DNA from: Candidatus Bathyarchaeia archaeon
GTDB taxonomy: Archaea > Thermoproteota > Bathyarchaeia > Bathyarchaeales > Bathycorpusculaceae
Assembly: GCA_038883775.1 (NCBI GenBank)
Contig: JAVZLM010000002.1
Span: 1 to 64,000 of the forward strand
DNA: 64,000 nt
Direction: 5' to 3'
Shown: one piece after another, positions 18,326-28,489 of the stretch
How positions within the stretch are numbered: the stretch's first letter is position 1
Layout: the number at the start of each line of letters is the position of its first letter
The notes under the pieces: generated by a model
Seen by the model: only the letters and a program-made list of their open reading frames with translations
What the model was told of the DNA's origin: nothing
Databases searched by the model: none
Program-made: the position numbers and the translations under genes

Positions 18326-20262
18326 ATTTTCTCACCTCCTTCTTCAACAGTTTTTGATTTGACAGGAATGAGCACGGTAACAGTTGTGCCTTTCCCAACT
18401 TTGCTTTCAGCTGAGATTTTGCCGCCATGTGCCTCCACAAGGCGTTTGCAGATTGGCAAGCCTAAACCCATACCCTTCGATTTAGTTGTGAAAAATGGCG
18501 TCCAAATTTTCTCTAAAACATCCTTTGGAATGCCAGTTCCAGTGTCTGTAAAGACTATTTCTACATTACCGTCTAATTCCTTACTTGCTATTGTAATTTT
18601 GCCGCCCTTTGGCATAGCGTCTACTGCATTTCTAATAATATTGCCGAAAACCCTCTTCATTTTATCAACATCAACCTTTATTTTCGGGCTGTTTTGAGTT
18701 AAATCTAAAATTTCTATTCCTTTCGGAATTTCCAAAGTTAACAATGTTTCCGCTATTATGGCTTTTGGATTTGTTTCTCTAAACTCCAATTTTATTTCAC
18801 GAGAATAATCCATAAGGTCTGAAATGATTTTATTTGCATACTCCACATTTTCTTCAATAAGCTTCAGCATCCCCCTAACATTTTCATCTATAAGTGAACC
18901 CAGCCTGTTTTTTAGGTAATAAACAGCGCCTTTTATGCCAGTCAACGGATTGCGCAAATCATGACCCACCATGGCTGCAACTTGTCCAATAGCGGCGAGC
19001 CTTTCAGACTTTATTAGCTGTTCCTGAGCTTCTTTCAACGCCTTGGTTCTTTGTTCGACAAGTTCTTCAAGGCGCTGAGCGTACTCTTCAAGTTTCTTTT
19101 GCATTTGTTTCCTTTCAGTTATGTCCCTTGCAATACCAATAACCTCAATTTTTCCACCGCTAACTATGGGAAAAGCAGAAATTTCAGCAAAAACCGTTCT
19201 TCCATCCTTTCTTATGAGTTCAAATTCTTCTGGACCATACCTTTCTCCCCTCATATTTGCTTCGATGGCTTCCTTAATTTTTGGCAAGCATTTTTCTGGG
19301 AAAATTCTAGCTTCAAATATGCTCTTTCCAATAAGCTCTTCCTTCCTATAGCCTATCAATGCTTCAGCCTGCTTATTTCCATCTATAAATCTGCCTTGCA
19401 AATCATTAATGTAGATGGCGTCAGGAGCATATTCTATTAAACGTTTGAGCCTTTCCTCAGACTCTTTGAGTTTTTCCTCCATTTTTCTACGTTCAGTAAC
19501 ATCCGTTATGATGCTGATGGCGCCTTCATACTCGCCTTTCTCATTCCAAAGTGGCGATGCCGAAATCTGAAAAATTCTTGGTGTGCCATCTTTATGGTAT
19601 AAGGCAATTTCGTAACGGCTAGTTTCTCCCCTTTTTCTAATTTCAGTTTGCTTTCTTATCTTTTGGAAACCTTCTTCGTCAACAAATCTTCGAAGATTAA
19701 CGCCTATAAGCTCATGCTCGTTGTATCCGAGCATTTCGGCAAACGCCCTATTTACAAAGGTTATTTTCTCGTTTTCATCTACCGTCATTATGCCTTCTAA
19801 TGCTGTTTCAAAAATAGTCTTAAGCCTTCTGTTTGTTTCTATTAACTTCCTTTCAACTTCTTTAAGCTTGGTTACATCCACAATTAGTGCTTGGAACCCA
19901 ACAGTTTTACCATCAATCATAAAACGTGTGGGTTTTGACCATAAATAAAGAACTGAACCATCTTTGCGTAAAGCTCGAAATTCTAAATCTCTTGGTTGCC
20001 TCCGTAATACGACAATTTTAAGGAAACTGCGTGTTATTTTTGCTCTGTCTTCTGGATGTAAGAAAAATTTGAATGGACGACCAAGTAGCTCATCAGCAGA
20101 ATATCCCAACAGGTCAACCAACGCTTTATTAACATACTTAAAGTGTCCTTTAGTGTCCGTGATAGCAACAGCTATGGCGGCGTTTTCACATAAGCTGCGG
20201 AACCCTTGCTCAGACATCAAAAATTCTGCAAATTTCGCTGCATCATTGACTTTTTTGGACAT
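18277..20262 (-). CDS. Cytoplasmic sensor histidine kinase with three PAS/PAC domains (start reassigned from 20361)
   Basis: Three PAS repeats ending DVT/DIT; HDLRNPL, NAVDA, DTGTGI, GMGLGL. Confidence 0.95.
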   Translation of the reverse strand: MSKKVNDAAKFAEFLMSEQGFRSLCENAAIAVAITDTKGHFKYVNKALVDLLGYSADELLGRPFKFFLHPEDRAKITRSFLKIVVLRRQPRDLEFRALRKDGSVLYLWSKPTRFMIDGKTVGFQALIVDVTKLKEVERKLIETNRRLKTIFETALEGIMTVDENEKITFVNRAFAEMLGYNEHELIGVNLRRFVDEEGFQKIRKQTEIRKRGETSRYEIALYHKDGTPRIFQISASPLWNEKGEYEGAISIITDVTERRKMEEKLKESEERLKRLIEYAPDAIYINDLQGRFIDGNKQAEALIGYRKEELIGKSIFEARIFPEKCLPKIKEAIEANMRGERYGPEEFELIRKDGRTVFAEISAFPIVSGGKIEVIGIARDITERKQMQKKLEEYAQRLEELVEQRTKALKEAQEQLIKSERLAAIGQVAAMVGHDLRNPLTGIKGAVYYLKNRLGSLIDENVRGMLKLIEENVEYANKIISDLMDYSREIKLEFRETNPKAIIAETLLTLEIPKGIEILDLTQNSPKIKVDVDKMKRVFGNIIRNAVDAMPKGGKITIASKELDGNVEIVFTDTGTGIPKDVLEKIWTPFFTTKSKGMGLGLPICKRLVEAHGGKISAESKVGKGTTVTVLIPVKSKTVEEGGEKIWLEAPESLSSTMTKA

Positions 20263-20461
20263 TTTAGCACTTCCGCTATAAACTGTGAATGACTCAAAAT
20301 GTTTTCTAGAGTTTTGGCATTTAACTTGTGTGAATGTGGAGTCTTGATTAAGAGTAAACATACATATTCAGAATCCGATTCAAACCATGTAGCAGAAGAC
20401 TTTCAAAATTAGAGTTTTATAAGAGATCGTGAAATTATAAAGCTCAGCTAAACAGCAGGAT

Positions 20462-21250
20462 TTGCCTATGGCTAAACCTCAAATTGGCTTGTCAATGCTT
20501 TATTGTCTAAGCCAACCTTTCAACAAAATTCCAACACAAATTCTGGACGCAAAAACCTCATACATCGAAGTTGTTGATGATGGTTTTCATATACTAAACA
20601 AGCGAAGGGTTCAAACATTAAAAGAGATTGGCAACTCTTACAACTTAAGCTATTCTGTCCACGCCCCTTTTGCTGACATAAACATTGCTTCACCCTCAAA
20701 ACCCATGTTAAACGCAATGCTTAAAAGATTAGAAAAATCAATGGCTTATGCAAGCGCCCTAAACGCTTCTGTTTGGGTTTTCCATCCAGGATTAAAAACT
20801 GGTGTTAGCATGTTTTATCCTGGCATGGATTGGCTTCAAAACTTAAAGACAACACGCCTACTGCTTAAAAAGGCTGAGGATTATGGCGCCAAAATAGCCA
20901 TAGAAAACGTGCCAGAACCATATCCATTCCTAATGAAAAGCGTTGAAGATTTCGCCAAGTTTTATGAAGAGATTGACGAGGACGTAAGCCTAGTTTTTGA
21001 TGTTGGACATGCCAATTTGAATGGTCAAATAGAAAGTTTCATAACAACTTTTAAAGACAATATTGTGCATGTGCATTTGCACGATAATGATGGGAGAGCG
21101 GACCAGCATTTGGGAATAGGCTATGGCACAATTGATTGGGAGAATGTAGCAAAACTATTCAAGAAAATTTCCTATAACAAGATTCTAATCGTTGAGTCTG
21201 TTGAGCATGTTAAGGAAAGCATGGAAAAATTAAGAAAACTGTTCTTTTAG
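20462..21250 (+). CDS. Sugar phosphate isomerase/epimerase (AP endonuclease 2-type TIM barrel)
   Basis: HAPF, HPG, IEN, DVGHA, HLHDN..D.H. Confidence 0.88.
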   Translation: MPMAKPQIGLSMLYCLSQPFNKIPTQILDAKTSYIEVVDDGFHILNKRRVQTLKEIGNSYNLSYSVHAPFADINIASPSKPMLNAMLKRLEKSMAYASALNASVWVFHPGLKTGVSMFYPGMDWLQNLKTTRLLLKKAEDYGAKIAIENVPEPYPFLMKSVEDFAKFYEEIDEDVSLVFDVGHANLNGQIESFITTFKDNIVHVHLHDNDGRADQHLGIGYGTIDWENVAKLFKKISYNKILIVESVEHVKESMEKLRKLFF

Positions 21251-22170
21251 GCGCTTGAAAGCGGAATCTCTATTCTCATAAAATCCTCAGCCACGCTTGT
21301 GTTTTTGAAAATTTTCTTTGCCTGTTCCAAAAGTATGCTTGCATCCTCATATCTTGCGCTTACATGCGTCAAAATTAGCTGCTTCACCTTAGCCTTTTTC
21401 GCATTTCTTGCCGCCTGCTCAGGCGTCGAGTGCCCATCTTCTTCAGCTCTTTCAACCATTTCATCATCTAAAGTAGCGTCATGAATAAGCAAATCCGCGC
21501 CAAAAGCAAACTTCACAAAACCTTTAAAGGGTCTTGTATCGCCAGTGTAAACAATTTTTCTTCCAGGTCTTGGCGGTCCACTAATATCTTCGGGTTTGAT
21601 GATTCGTCCATTGGATAGCTTAATTTTTTGTCCATGCTGCAGTTTCGACCACAATGGACCTTCTGGAACGCCTAAGGCTTTTGCTTTTTCTGGATAAAAT
21701 TTTCCTGGGCGAGGCTTTTCTATTAGGGCGTATGCCAAGCTTGGGATTACATGGTTTGCCCAAACCGCTTGAACATAATATTCTTCCTCCTCGCAAATGA
21801 CACCCGCCTTCTGTATTTCGTGAACTTCAACTGGAAATGTTAAGACAAACTGTACGGTTTCTCTAATGCCTTCTAAGAAACGCTTTATTCCCGACGGTCC
21901 ATAAACGTCAAGCTTCTTTTCTCTGTCAAGTAATGCCATAGTTTGCAATAGTCCAGGCAATCCCAAAACGTGGTCGCCATGCATGTGCGTTATGAAAATT
22001 TTCATTTTTTTGTGGAATCCAGCCTTAGCCCGTATCATTTGTCTTTGTACGCCTTCGCCGGAATCAAACATTATCTGCTCGCCTTTGCGTTGTATTAGGA
22101 TGGAGGGTAAGCTTCTTTTTGGTGTTGGAACGCTTCCTGCTGTGCCTAGGAAAATCACGGTTAGGCTCAT
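21247..22170 (-). CDS. rnz: Ribonuclease Z
   Basis: FLGTAGSVPT, THMHGDH, exosite GVPEGP, YTGDT, HST, HVSARY. Confidence 0.97.
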   Translation of the reverse strand: MSLTVIFLGTAGSVPTPKRSLPSILIQRKGEQIMFDSGEGVQRQMIRAKAGFHKKMKIFITHMHGDHVLGLPGLLQTMALLDREKKLDVYGPSGIKRFLEGIRETVQFVLTFPVEVHEIQKAGVICEEEEYYVQAVWANHVIPSLAYALIEKPRPGKFYPEKAKALGVPEGPLWSKLQHGQKIKLSNGRIIKPEDISGPPRPGRKIVYTGDTRPFKGFVKFAFGADLLIHDATLDDEMVERAEEDGHSTPEQAARNAKKAKVKQLILTHVSARYEDASILLEQAKKIFKNTSVAEDFMRIEIPLSSA

Positions 22171-22175
22171 AGGGA

Positions 22176-23213
22176 TTACACCTTTTCGAATACGGCTATT
22201 TCTCTTGTTAGGCTTCTGTGAACATAAACGAAATGGGACTCTAAATGTTTATACCCAAAAACTGTGCCCATTTTTCCAATGTTTAATGTTTTTGGTGCAG
22301 CCATGCAAACCCTTTTCCCTTTACCAAGCATGTCATAAACAGCCGTTAAAGTCTCCTCAATTATCTGTTTTGTTGTTCGTTTAAGAGTTGTTGCAGACTT
22401 TCCATATGGCGGGTCTGTCACCACACAATCAACTTTTCTTATTGGCGGGTTTTTGGCATCAGCAAGTATGACGCTTTCTGGTTTAATATGGAAGTAATCC
22501 ATATTTTTTAAGGCGCCCCTTACCATGCGCCGCTGAATATCCAAACCTAAAACACGACAGCCAATAAGTGCAGCCTCTATAAGCATGGTCCCAGTTCCAC
22601 AAAAAGGGTCAAAAACCAATTCGTCAACCTTTGGTCTTGCTAGGTTAACCATGCATCTTGCAAGTTTTGCGGGCATGGCGGATGGATGAAAGAAGGGTTT
22701 TTTCTTTGGCCGCCTATCCATAAAGGGTGTAGGTGAAATTTCAGCCATTTTCACGCCGAAAAGAAATTTTTTGTCCGTTAATATTCCAGTAAAGGTTTTT
22801 TCTGGATTTCTTAGGTTCACTTTAGCTTTTGTTTTCTCATTGAGAATGAATTCTCCAATTTTTCTTTCAAGAGCCATACTATCAATGTTTGGAGCGTGAT
22901 TCTTTATGCGTTTTACGCGCACAGCAAAACTTTCGCCATCCCTCAAAATCTCGCTAAAGTTTGCAGAGCTTACAGCCTTAACTATTTGGCTTGTCTCTGC
23001 TTCGCAGTTGAATAGCTCTAATCCGCAAAGCCTTGTGAGGGCTGCTCTGCGTTTTATGGCTTCTAGACACTTTAATTCTGCTTCAAGCCTTAACGCTTGG
23101 TCAAGCTTTTCCAATATTTTATATGCATAATCTTCCGCCTCAAGAATGGCTTTTAACTCTGAAACTGGTAGGGTTTCATGCTCGCCTGACAATAGAAAGA
23201 AGAGCTTAGCCAC
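22176..23213 (-). CDS. THUMP-domain tRNA m2G10 methyltransferase (Trm11/TrmG10)
   Basis: THUMP N-terminus; DPFCGTG; TDPPYG. Confidence 0.9.
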   Translation of the reverse strand: MAKLFFLLSGEHETLPVSELKAILEAEDYAYKILEKLDQALRLEAELKCLEAIKRRAALTRLCGLELFNCEAETSQIVKAVSSANFSEILRDGESFAVRVKRIKNHAPNIDSMALERKIGEFILNEKTKAKVNLRNPEKTFTGILTDKKFLFGVKMAEISPTPFMDRRPKKKPFFHPSAMPAKLARCMVNLARPKVDELVFDPFCGTGTMLIEAALIGCRVLGLDIQRRMVRGALKNMDYFHIKPESVILADAKNPPIRKVDCVVTDPPYGKSATTLKRTTKQIIEETLTAVYDMLGKGKRVCMAAPKTLNIGKMGTVFGYKHLESHFVYVHRSLTREIAVFEKV

Positions 23214-24120
23214 TTTTATGCTCCCGAATCGTCTTACATATTAACGGCGCAATAGAAACTTTGCTCACATGGCTTGGAACAGTGTCTGTGCCAACAATTT
23301 CTTCCACTCCAGCTTCGAGGATTCGCCTTTCAGCATCTCCAACCAGCAGTGGGTGAACACAAGCGGCATGAACTTTCTCGGCTCCAAGTTCCTTCAAAAT
23401 TTTGGAAGCAGCAACAATTGTGCCGCCCGTGCTTATAATGTCATCAAAGATTATGGCAGTTTTTCCTCTAACATCGAAAGTTTTCTTTTCAACGCTAATC
23501 TGCCCAGTGTAGCGGTCTCTTTGCTTTTCCAAATAGCCACATTCTCCATCCAAAACTTTTCTGGCTTCTTCAGCAATGTGTAAGGCGCCTCTGTCTGGTG
23601 CAAGGGCAAAGGCTCCAGTATATCCTTTATTTCTGAAGTATTCAGCTAAAAGCGGAATTGCTGAAACACTTTTTGCAGGAAACGGAAATTTATTTAACAC
23701 TTTTTCCTGATGAACGTTAACGGTTATTAGGCTGTCTACTCCAGCAGCTTTTAACATTCGCGCAATGGCTTCGATGCTTATGGCTTCGCCTTGCAGGAAA
23801 GCCTTGTCTTGGCGAGCATAAGCCAAATAAGGCACGATGGCTGTTACCTTTTTTGCGCCATTTCTTTTTGCTGCGTCTGCGATGAAGGCTAACTGTATTA
23901 GTTTTGTGTCTTGTGGTGGACTTGTGGTTTGCACTATGAAAACTTCTTGGTTTTGAACTTCGCCATCTAATCTTATGTAGGATTCACCGTCTGGAAATGT
24001 TTTAAAGGCTACTGACACCGTTTCCGCCTTTAAAAGCTCTGCTATTTTTTCGCCTAATTCTTTTGATGCTGGTCCAGGTATTATTTTCATTTGTCTCGCC
24101 GCAATTAAATGCGGATACAT
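23206..24120 (-). CDS. prs: Ribose-phosphate pyrophosphokinase (start probably MKIIPG at 24090)
   Basis: FPDGE, PYLAYARQD, DDIISTGGT. Confidence 0.97.
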   Translation of the reverse strand: MYPHLIAARQMKIIPGPASKELGEKIAELLKAETVSVAFKTFPDGESYIRLDGEVQNQEVFIVQTTSPPQDTKLIQLAFIADAAKRNGAKKVTAIVPYLAYARQDKAFLQGEAISIEAIARMLKAAGVDSLITVNVHQEKVLNKFPFPAKSVSAIPLLAEYFRNKGYTGAFALAPDRGALHIAEEARKVLDGECGYLEKQRDRYTGQISVEKKTFDVRGKTAIIFDDIISTGGTIVAASKILKELGAEKVHAACVHPLLVGDAERRILEAGVEEIVGTDTVPSHVSKVSIAPLICKTIREHKSG

Positions 24121-24125
24121 TTCTT

Positions 24126-25403
24126 TTAGACTTTTCCAGTAGCTTTAAACTGTTCTATTAGTTCTTTGGCTCTATCCATGCGAATCTTTCTTTCTTCAAC
24201 CATTTTCTCAGCCACCAAATCTATCAATTCGCCACTTGCGCCAGCGGCTATGGCTATGTTTCTTGCATGAAGTGACATATGTCCGCGTTGTATTCCTTCG
24301 TGAGCTAAGGCTCTTAAAGCGCCCAAGTTTTGGGCTAAGCCCACAGCGGCTAAAACTTCAGCGAGTTCGTTGGCTGTTTTTACGCCCAAAATTTTTAGGC
24401 ATATTCTTGCTATGGGGTGAGTTTTTACGGCTCCGCCTATTAGGCCTACGGCCATGGGCAGTTCAATGGAGCCTACTAGGTCACCGTTTTCGTTTTTCTC
24501 CCATGTTGAAAGTGTTGTATAGTGTCCGTTTTTTGCTGCGTAGGCGTGGGCTCCTGCTTCGATTGCGCGATGGTCGTTACATGTTGCGATTATTACGGCT
24601 ATTATGCCATTCATTATGCCTTTATTGTGTGTAGCCGCGCGGTATGGGTCTGCTGCTGCGAAAGCCCAAGCGTTAACAATGCCGTCAACTACTTCTTCTC
24701 CGCCAACAGCCTCCTTTGGCACTGTGCACCATGCACGTGCTAAGCGTTTGACAGCCAAATTAGAAATTATGCGTAAATAAACACGTCCGCCAGTTATGCG
24801 TTCTATTAGGGGGGCGACTGCTTCTGCCATTGTGTTTACGGCGTTGGCGCCCATGGCATCGCGACAGTCTACATGTAACTCTGTTATTAGCATTGGTCCT
24901 TGGGTTGTTTGGATTACTTTTGCTTCTAGGTCTTTGGCTCCGCCGCCGACAGAAACCAAAACTGGGTCTTGGTCATTAGCCTTTTTTAGAATTTCCTCTT
25001 TTGCCTGAATTATGCGTATCTTAGCCGCATAAGGGTCTTTTATGCCTATGGCTTGGATTTGACCAATCATTATTGGCGGCGTGCTACTAGTGTAGAAGCC
25101 TCCGCCATCTCTTGCCATTTTTGCAGCGTAACTTGCCGCAGCAACAACTGAAGGCTCTTCAATAGCCATTGGAATTAAATAATCACGTTTGTTTATTAGA
25201 AAGTTTACGGCAATGCCCAACGGTATGGGAATGGCGCCAACAACATTTTCAATCATGCGGTCAGCCAAATCCAGAGGCAAAGAACCAGTATTTTGCAGCA
25301 AAGCTGCTTCTTCATCGGTTAAGCCAGCAAACACTTTGACAAACTGCAAACGCTCTTTAGTATTAAGCTTATAGAAACCCGAAACCAAAGATGACTTGTC
25401 CAT
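24126..25403 (-). CDS. mvaA: HMG-CoA reductase, class II (MvaA-type)
   Basis: ENVVG, EEPSVVAA, DAMGAN, RAATHNKGIMNG, GIQRGHMSLH. Confidence 0.95.
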   Translation of the reverse strand: MDKSSLVSGFYKLNTKERLQFVKVFAGLTDEEAALLQNTGSLPLDLADRMIENVVGAIPIPLGIAVNFLINKRDYLIPMAIEEPSVVAAASYAAKMARDGGGFYTSSTPPIMIGQIQAIGIKDPYAAKIRIIQAKEEILKKANDQDPVLVSVGGGAKDLEAKVIQTTQGPMLITELHVDCRDAMGANAVNTMAEAVAPLIERITGGRVYLRIISNLAVKRLARAWCTVPKEAVGGEEVVDGIVNAWAFAAADPYRAATHNKGIMNGIIAVIIATCNDHRAIEAGAHAYAAKNGHYTTLSTWEKNENGDLVGSIELPMAVGLIGGAVKTHPIARICLKILGVKTANELAEVLAAVGLAQNLGALRALAHEGIQRGHMSLHARNIAIAAGASGELIDLVAEKMVEERKIRMDRAKELIEQFKATGKV

Positions 25404-25468
25404 ATTGGTTCACCGTAAACTCAATATCAAACGGCAAAACATAAAAATGCTTCTAAAATCCTTGAATT

Positions 25469-26026
25469 TTACGTGATTTCAAAGGTGATTATGTAGAGAA
25501 AATAAGTTGACATATTCGACTTAAGAATCTTAAGATAGGTATAAATATAGGATGTGCCACTCGAGTTCGTTGATGCTGTAATAGTTATATACATGTCCAT
25601 ATCGGTTGGAAAATTGTAAAATTCTCCGCTTGTTTGATTGTAAATCCCGTCGAGAATTTTAATTTGTACACTTGTACTTCCATTATGGAACCATATAGTA
25701 CAATTTGTTAAGCGATTTATGTTGTTATCCTCATACCTGATCAATTGGAGGTTCCAATAATCATTCGTTTGATTAAAGATTTTTAACACGTCTAAATTAA
25801 TTGTGCCATTCGGAACAACGACTTTAGCACTTGTATAATTTGCGTATATGAACGAATTAGTGATATTTTGCAAAGTTACTAGTGGAGAAGAGACGGCCGT
25901 TGATACATAGTTTGTTAGGTAGAAGAATGAGTTGCTTGAGACGATTTGCGGTGTCGCAAATAAAATGAACAGAGTAAACAGTAGATAAACAACGTTTCTG
26001 ATTTCTCGGATATCACCAAATTTCAT
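25469..26026 (-). CDS. Secreted beta-rich glycoprotein (putative filament subunit 2)
   Basis: Signal peptide; 9 N-x-S/T sequons; no C-terminal anchor. Confidence 0.75.
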   Translation of the reverse strand: MKFGDIREIRNVVYLLFTLFILFATPQIVSSNSFFYLTNYVSTAVSSPLVTLQNITNSFIYANYTSAKVVVPNGTINLDVLKIFNQTNDYWNLQLIRYEDNNINRLTNCTIWFHNGSTSVQIKILDGIYNQTSGEFYNFPTDMDMYITITASTNSSGTSYIYTYLKILKSNMSTYFLYIITFEIT

Positions 26027-26071
26027 AAGCTTTTCCCTTAAGAAAATGTAGAAAAATAAAAGAGGGAAAGG

Positions 26072-26629
26072 TTAGCTCTCTTGTACGTCCACTGCTATCT
26101 GTAAGGTCACTGAGATATCTGTACCTGCATTAGCTGCAGCCTTGGTTTCAATTCTGATGCTCCATGTATCACCTTCACCCATTTGCTGATAGCTGGTGCT
26201 GGAAGTCAATAGGAAGTAGTTGCCTGACACCGTGTAGTTAAGATAGCCCTTTATTACGTTGAGATCGTCAAGTAATACGATATTTAGCAAAGTGAAATTT
26301 GCTACATCGCTAGTGCCATTTTCTATGTTAACTTGACGTAACCTAATTGAGGGCGTGCCTGAGCCGGTGTTTTTCACTTTCAATGCTTGAGCGTATGTCA
26401 GAGTGGTGTTTGGATAGGCTTTAAGAGCTAAAGTGACCGATGTGTTGCCTGCTCCCATGGTTGAGCCTAAAGGCCAGTCGCTTCCTTGGTCGAAGATCAC
26501 TGTTACAACTGTTGTTAATGTGCCCGAGATGTTCAATGAATAATAATATGTTGCACTTGCTGAGGCAATAAGTAATGATGTTACTAGAAGAGTTACGAAT
26601 TTCAGGCTTTTCTTGTAGTTTATTTTCAT
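26072..26629 (-). CDS. Secreted beta-rich glycoprotein (putative filament subunit 1, TasA/AbpA-like)
   Basis: Signal peptide ending ASA; LKVKNTG..IRL segment; 6 sequons; strong RBS GGAGGTG. Confidence 0.78.
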   Translation of the reverse strand: MKINYKKSLKFVTLLVTSLLIASASATYYYSLNISGTLTTVVTVIFDQGSDWPLGSTMGAGNTSVTLALKAYPNTTLTYAQALKVKNTGSGTPSIRLRQVNIENGTSDVANFTLLNIVLLDDLNVIKGYLNYTVSGNYFLLTSSTSYQQMGEGDTWSIRIETKAAANAGTDISVTLQIAVDVQES

Positions 26630-27345
26630 TTTATGTTTTCACCTCCTTTTCTTCTTTTTCTTTCTTTTAGGGTTTCTATCCAAATTTTTGCGAGTACGTA
26701 GATGCTTACGCCTAGGACTAGGACGCAGGCTATTGCTAGGGCTATGGCTGAAGTTATGAAGGCTGCCGCTCCCCAAGAAGGCTTAAAGAAAGCGTATAAT
26801 GCTGCGCCTGTTATTGCTGCGCCTGCGCCTAGGGCTATGTACCACCATTTAGGTTTGAAAAACACGTATGTGCCCACACCCACTACCAAAGTGTCGAAGG
26901 CAACTATGCCCACGAAGGTGGCTTCCCAAGACATTTGAGGAACAATTATAAACGGATGCACAGCAACTTCCGAATAGCTTGTTAGGAAGAAGGCAGCCAA
27001 TGTTAGGGCTGGAAAGGTTACTGTGAACATGAAAACCTTAGCGTAATTAAGCAGTTTCTTCATCAAGCCAAGATAAGCGTTGACGGCAATTATGTTCGCC
27101 AAAGCCACTATCAAATAGAGGAGGCTGTACCAAAAACGCATGTACTCGCCGAAGAACGCCATAAACTCTCTGCTCACGAGCAATTGTCCAAAGCCAGCCA
27201 AAGCAGCCAACTGATAAATGTACGGCAAAGCCCATGGAAAATGTCTGTCCAAAAGGCATGTCAACAAGCTTATGGCTAAGAAAAGGTCGATGCCCAACAG
27301 TGCGAAGAATTCTGGTTGTAGTGGAGAGGGCATGCGATATCGCAC
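26626..27345 (-). CDS. Polytopic (about 7 TM) hypothetical membrane protein
   Basis: Seven hydrophobic segments; basic C-terminal tail; ATGA overlap with the next gene. Confidence 0.8.
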   Translation of the reverse strand: MRYRMPSPLQPEFFALLGIDLFLAISLLTCLLDRHFPWALPYIYQLAALAGFGQLLVSREFMAFFGEYMRFWYSLLYLIVALANIIAVNAYLGLMKKLLNYAKVFMFTVTFPALTLAAFFLTSYSEVAVHPFIIVPQMSWEATFVGIVAFDTLVVGVGTYVFFKPKWWYIALGAGAAITGAALYAFFKPSWGAAAFITSAIALAIACVLVLGVSIYVLAKIWIETLKERKRRKGGENIK

Positions 27346-27379
27346 TCGAATGTCTGGTTTCTGCTTATTTAAGTCGTAT

Positions 27380-27404
27380 GAATTCGGAATTTGAATCCGA
27401 ATTC
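27380..27404. promoter_or_regulatory. Palindromic operator-like site GAATTCGGA-N7-TCCGAATTC
   Basis: 9-bp perfect inverted repeat just upstream of a TATA-like element for the 27345 operon; contains ATTC-N-GAAT. Confidence 0.55.
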
Positions 27405-27471
27405 TACATTAAAAAGTGTAGAAATAAAAGATAAATATTGTGTAGTAATAAACAATACACACATGTTAGCA

Positions 27472-28485
27472 TTATCTTTTTGGAAGCGCCATAGCGCTTA
27501 TTCCAAAACGCTTACGAATCTCCCTCGCAAGCGTCTCAGCATAACCAACCCGAAAATTATCCGTAACAACAAACTTGGGCTTAGAACGCCTCACATACTC
27601 CATCAAACCATCAAAATCTGAATGATCACTCAAGGCTACAATATATTCTCTATCAGAAATTTCACGACATGGAGAATCGAACTCCCAACCACTAACATAA
27701 ACACGAAAAACATTCGCGCCAAACTTTTTCCGAGAACCCATATGATAAAAAGCCACACAAGGCTGATTTTTCTCCAAAAGCTCTCGGGCTTCCCTCTCAT
27801 CAGAAAGCATCAAACGCCCAACACGCATGCCATGCTGCTCGCAAATTCTCGAAACATGAAGAACCCTTTCAGGAGCAACAAAAGGCGCTTTCACACCAGC
27901 CTCATGCAAAATCTCCATAACCTCTTGAAGTTTCCCATGAAAACCAAAAACATAAACCACACCACGCTTCAAACCCTCTTCCACCAAAGAAACAAGCAAA
28001 TCCTCAACCCTTTTGTCAAAAGAACGCTTACAAGAGGGATTTCCATAAGTGGCTTCCATAACAAGCACATCAGCCTCCAAAACAGGAGTCTTATCAACCC
28101 TAAAATCACCAGTATAAACGATTCTCGTTCCTTCAGCGTCCTCAACAAGCACTTGGGCAGCACCCAATATGTGGTCTGCACGAAAAAGCGTTATGCACTC
28201 ATCCTCATAGTGAATGGGTTTACAATAATCAAGCGCCTCAACAAACCCGCCCATAAGAAAAAGGGGACCCCTCATAACATCAATCAAATCTTTAGTGGCT
28301 TTAGTCATCAAAACCTTCTCGCATGTTCTGAGGCTCTGCTGCAAACCCATCATGTGGTCAACGTGGGCATGCGTTACAACTCTTAATGGTTTGGTTTCTT
28401 CAAAGGCATCGCAAGCCACATAATTTCCAAGCAATATGGCTCCGCGAGCGGTTATTGTAGCCTTCGAGGACAAAAATAGCACCAA
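27472..28485 (-). CDS. MBL-fold (beta-CASP-like) nuclease
   Basis: THAHVDH, HILGAA, YTGDF, EATYG, SDHSDF. Confidence 0.88.
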   Translation of the reverse strand: MVLFLSSKATITARGAILLGNYVACDAFEETKPLRVVTHAHVDHMMGLQQSLRTCEKVLMTKATKDLIDVMRGPLFLMGGFVEALDYCKPIHYEDECITLFRADHILGAAQVLVEDAEGTRIVYTGDFRVDKTPVLEADVLVMEATYGNPSCKRSFDKRVEDLLVSLVEEGLKRGVVYVFGFHGKLQEVMEILHEAGVKAPFVAPERVLHVSRICEQHGMRVGRLMLSDEREARELLEKNQPCVAFYHMGSRKKFGANVFRVYVSGWEFDSPCREISDREYIVALSDHSDFDGLMEYVRRSKPKFVVTDNFRVGYAETLAREIRKRFGISAMALPKR

Positions 28486-28489
28486 TTAA

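Noticed and set aside
27622-28386. 254-aa plus-strand ORF
   Set aside because: Antisense shadow of the MBL-fold nuclease
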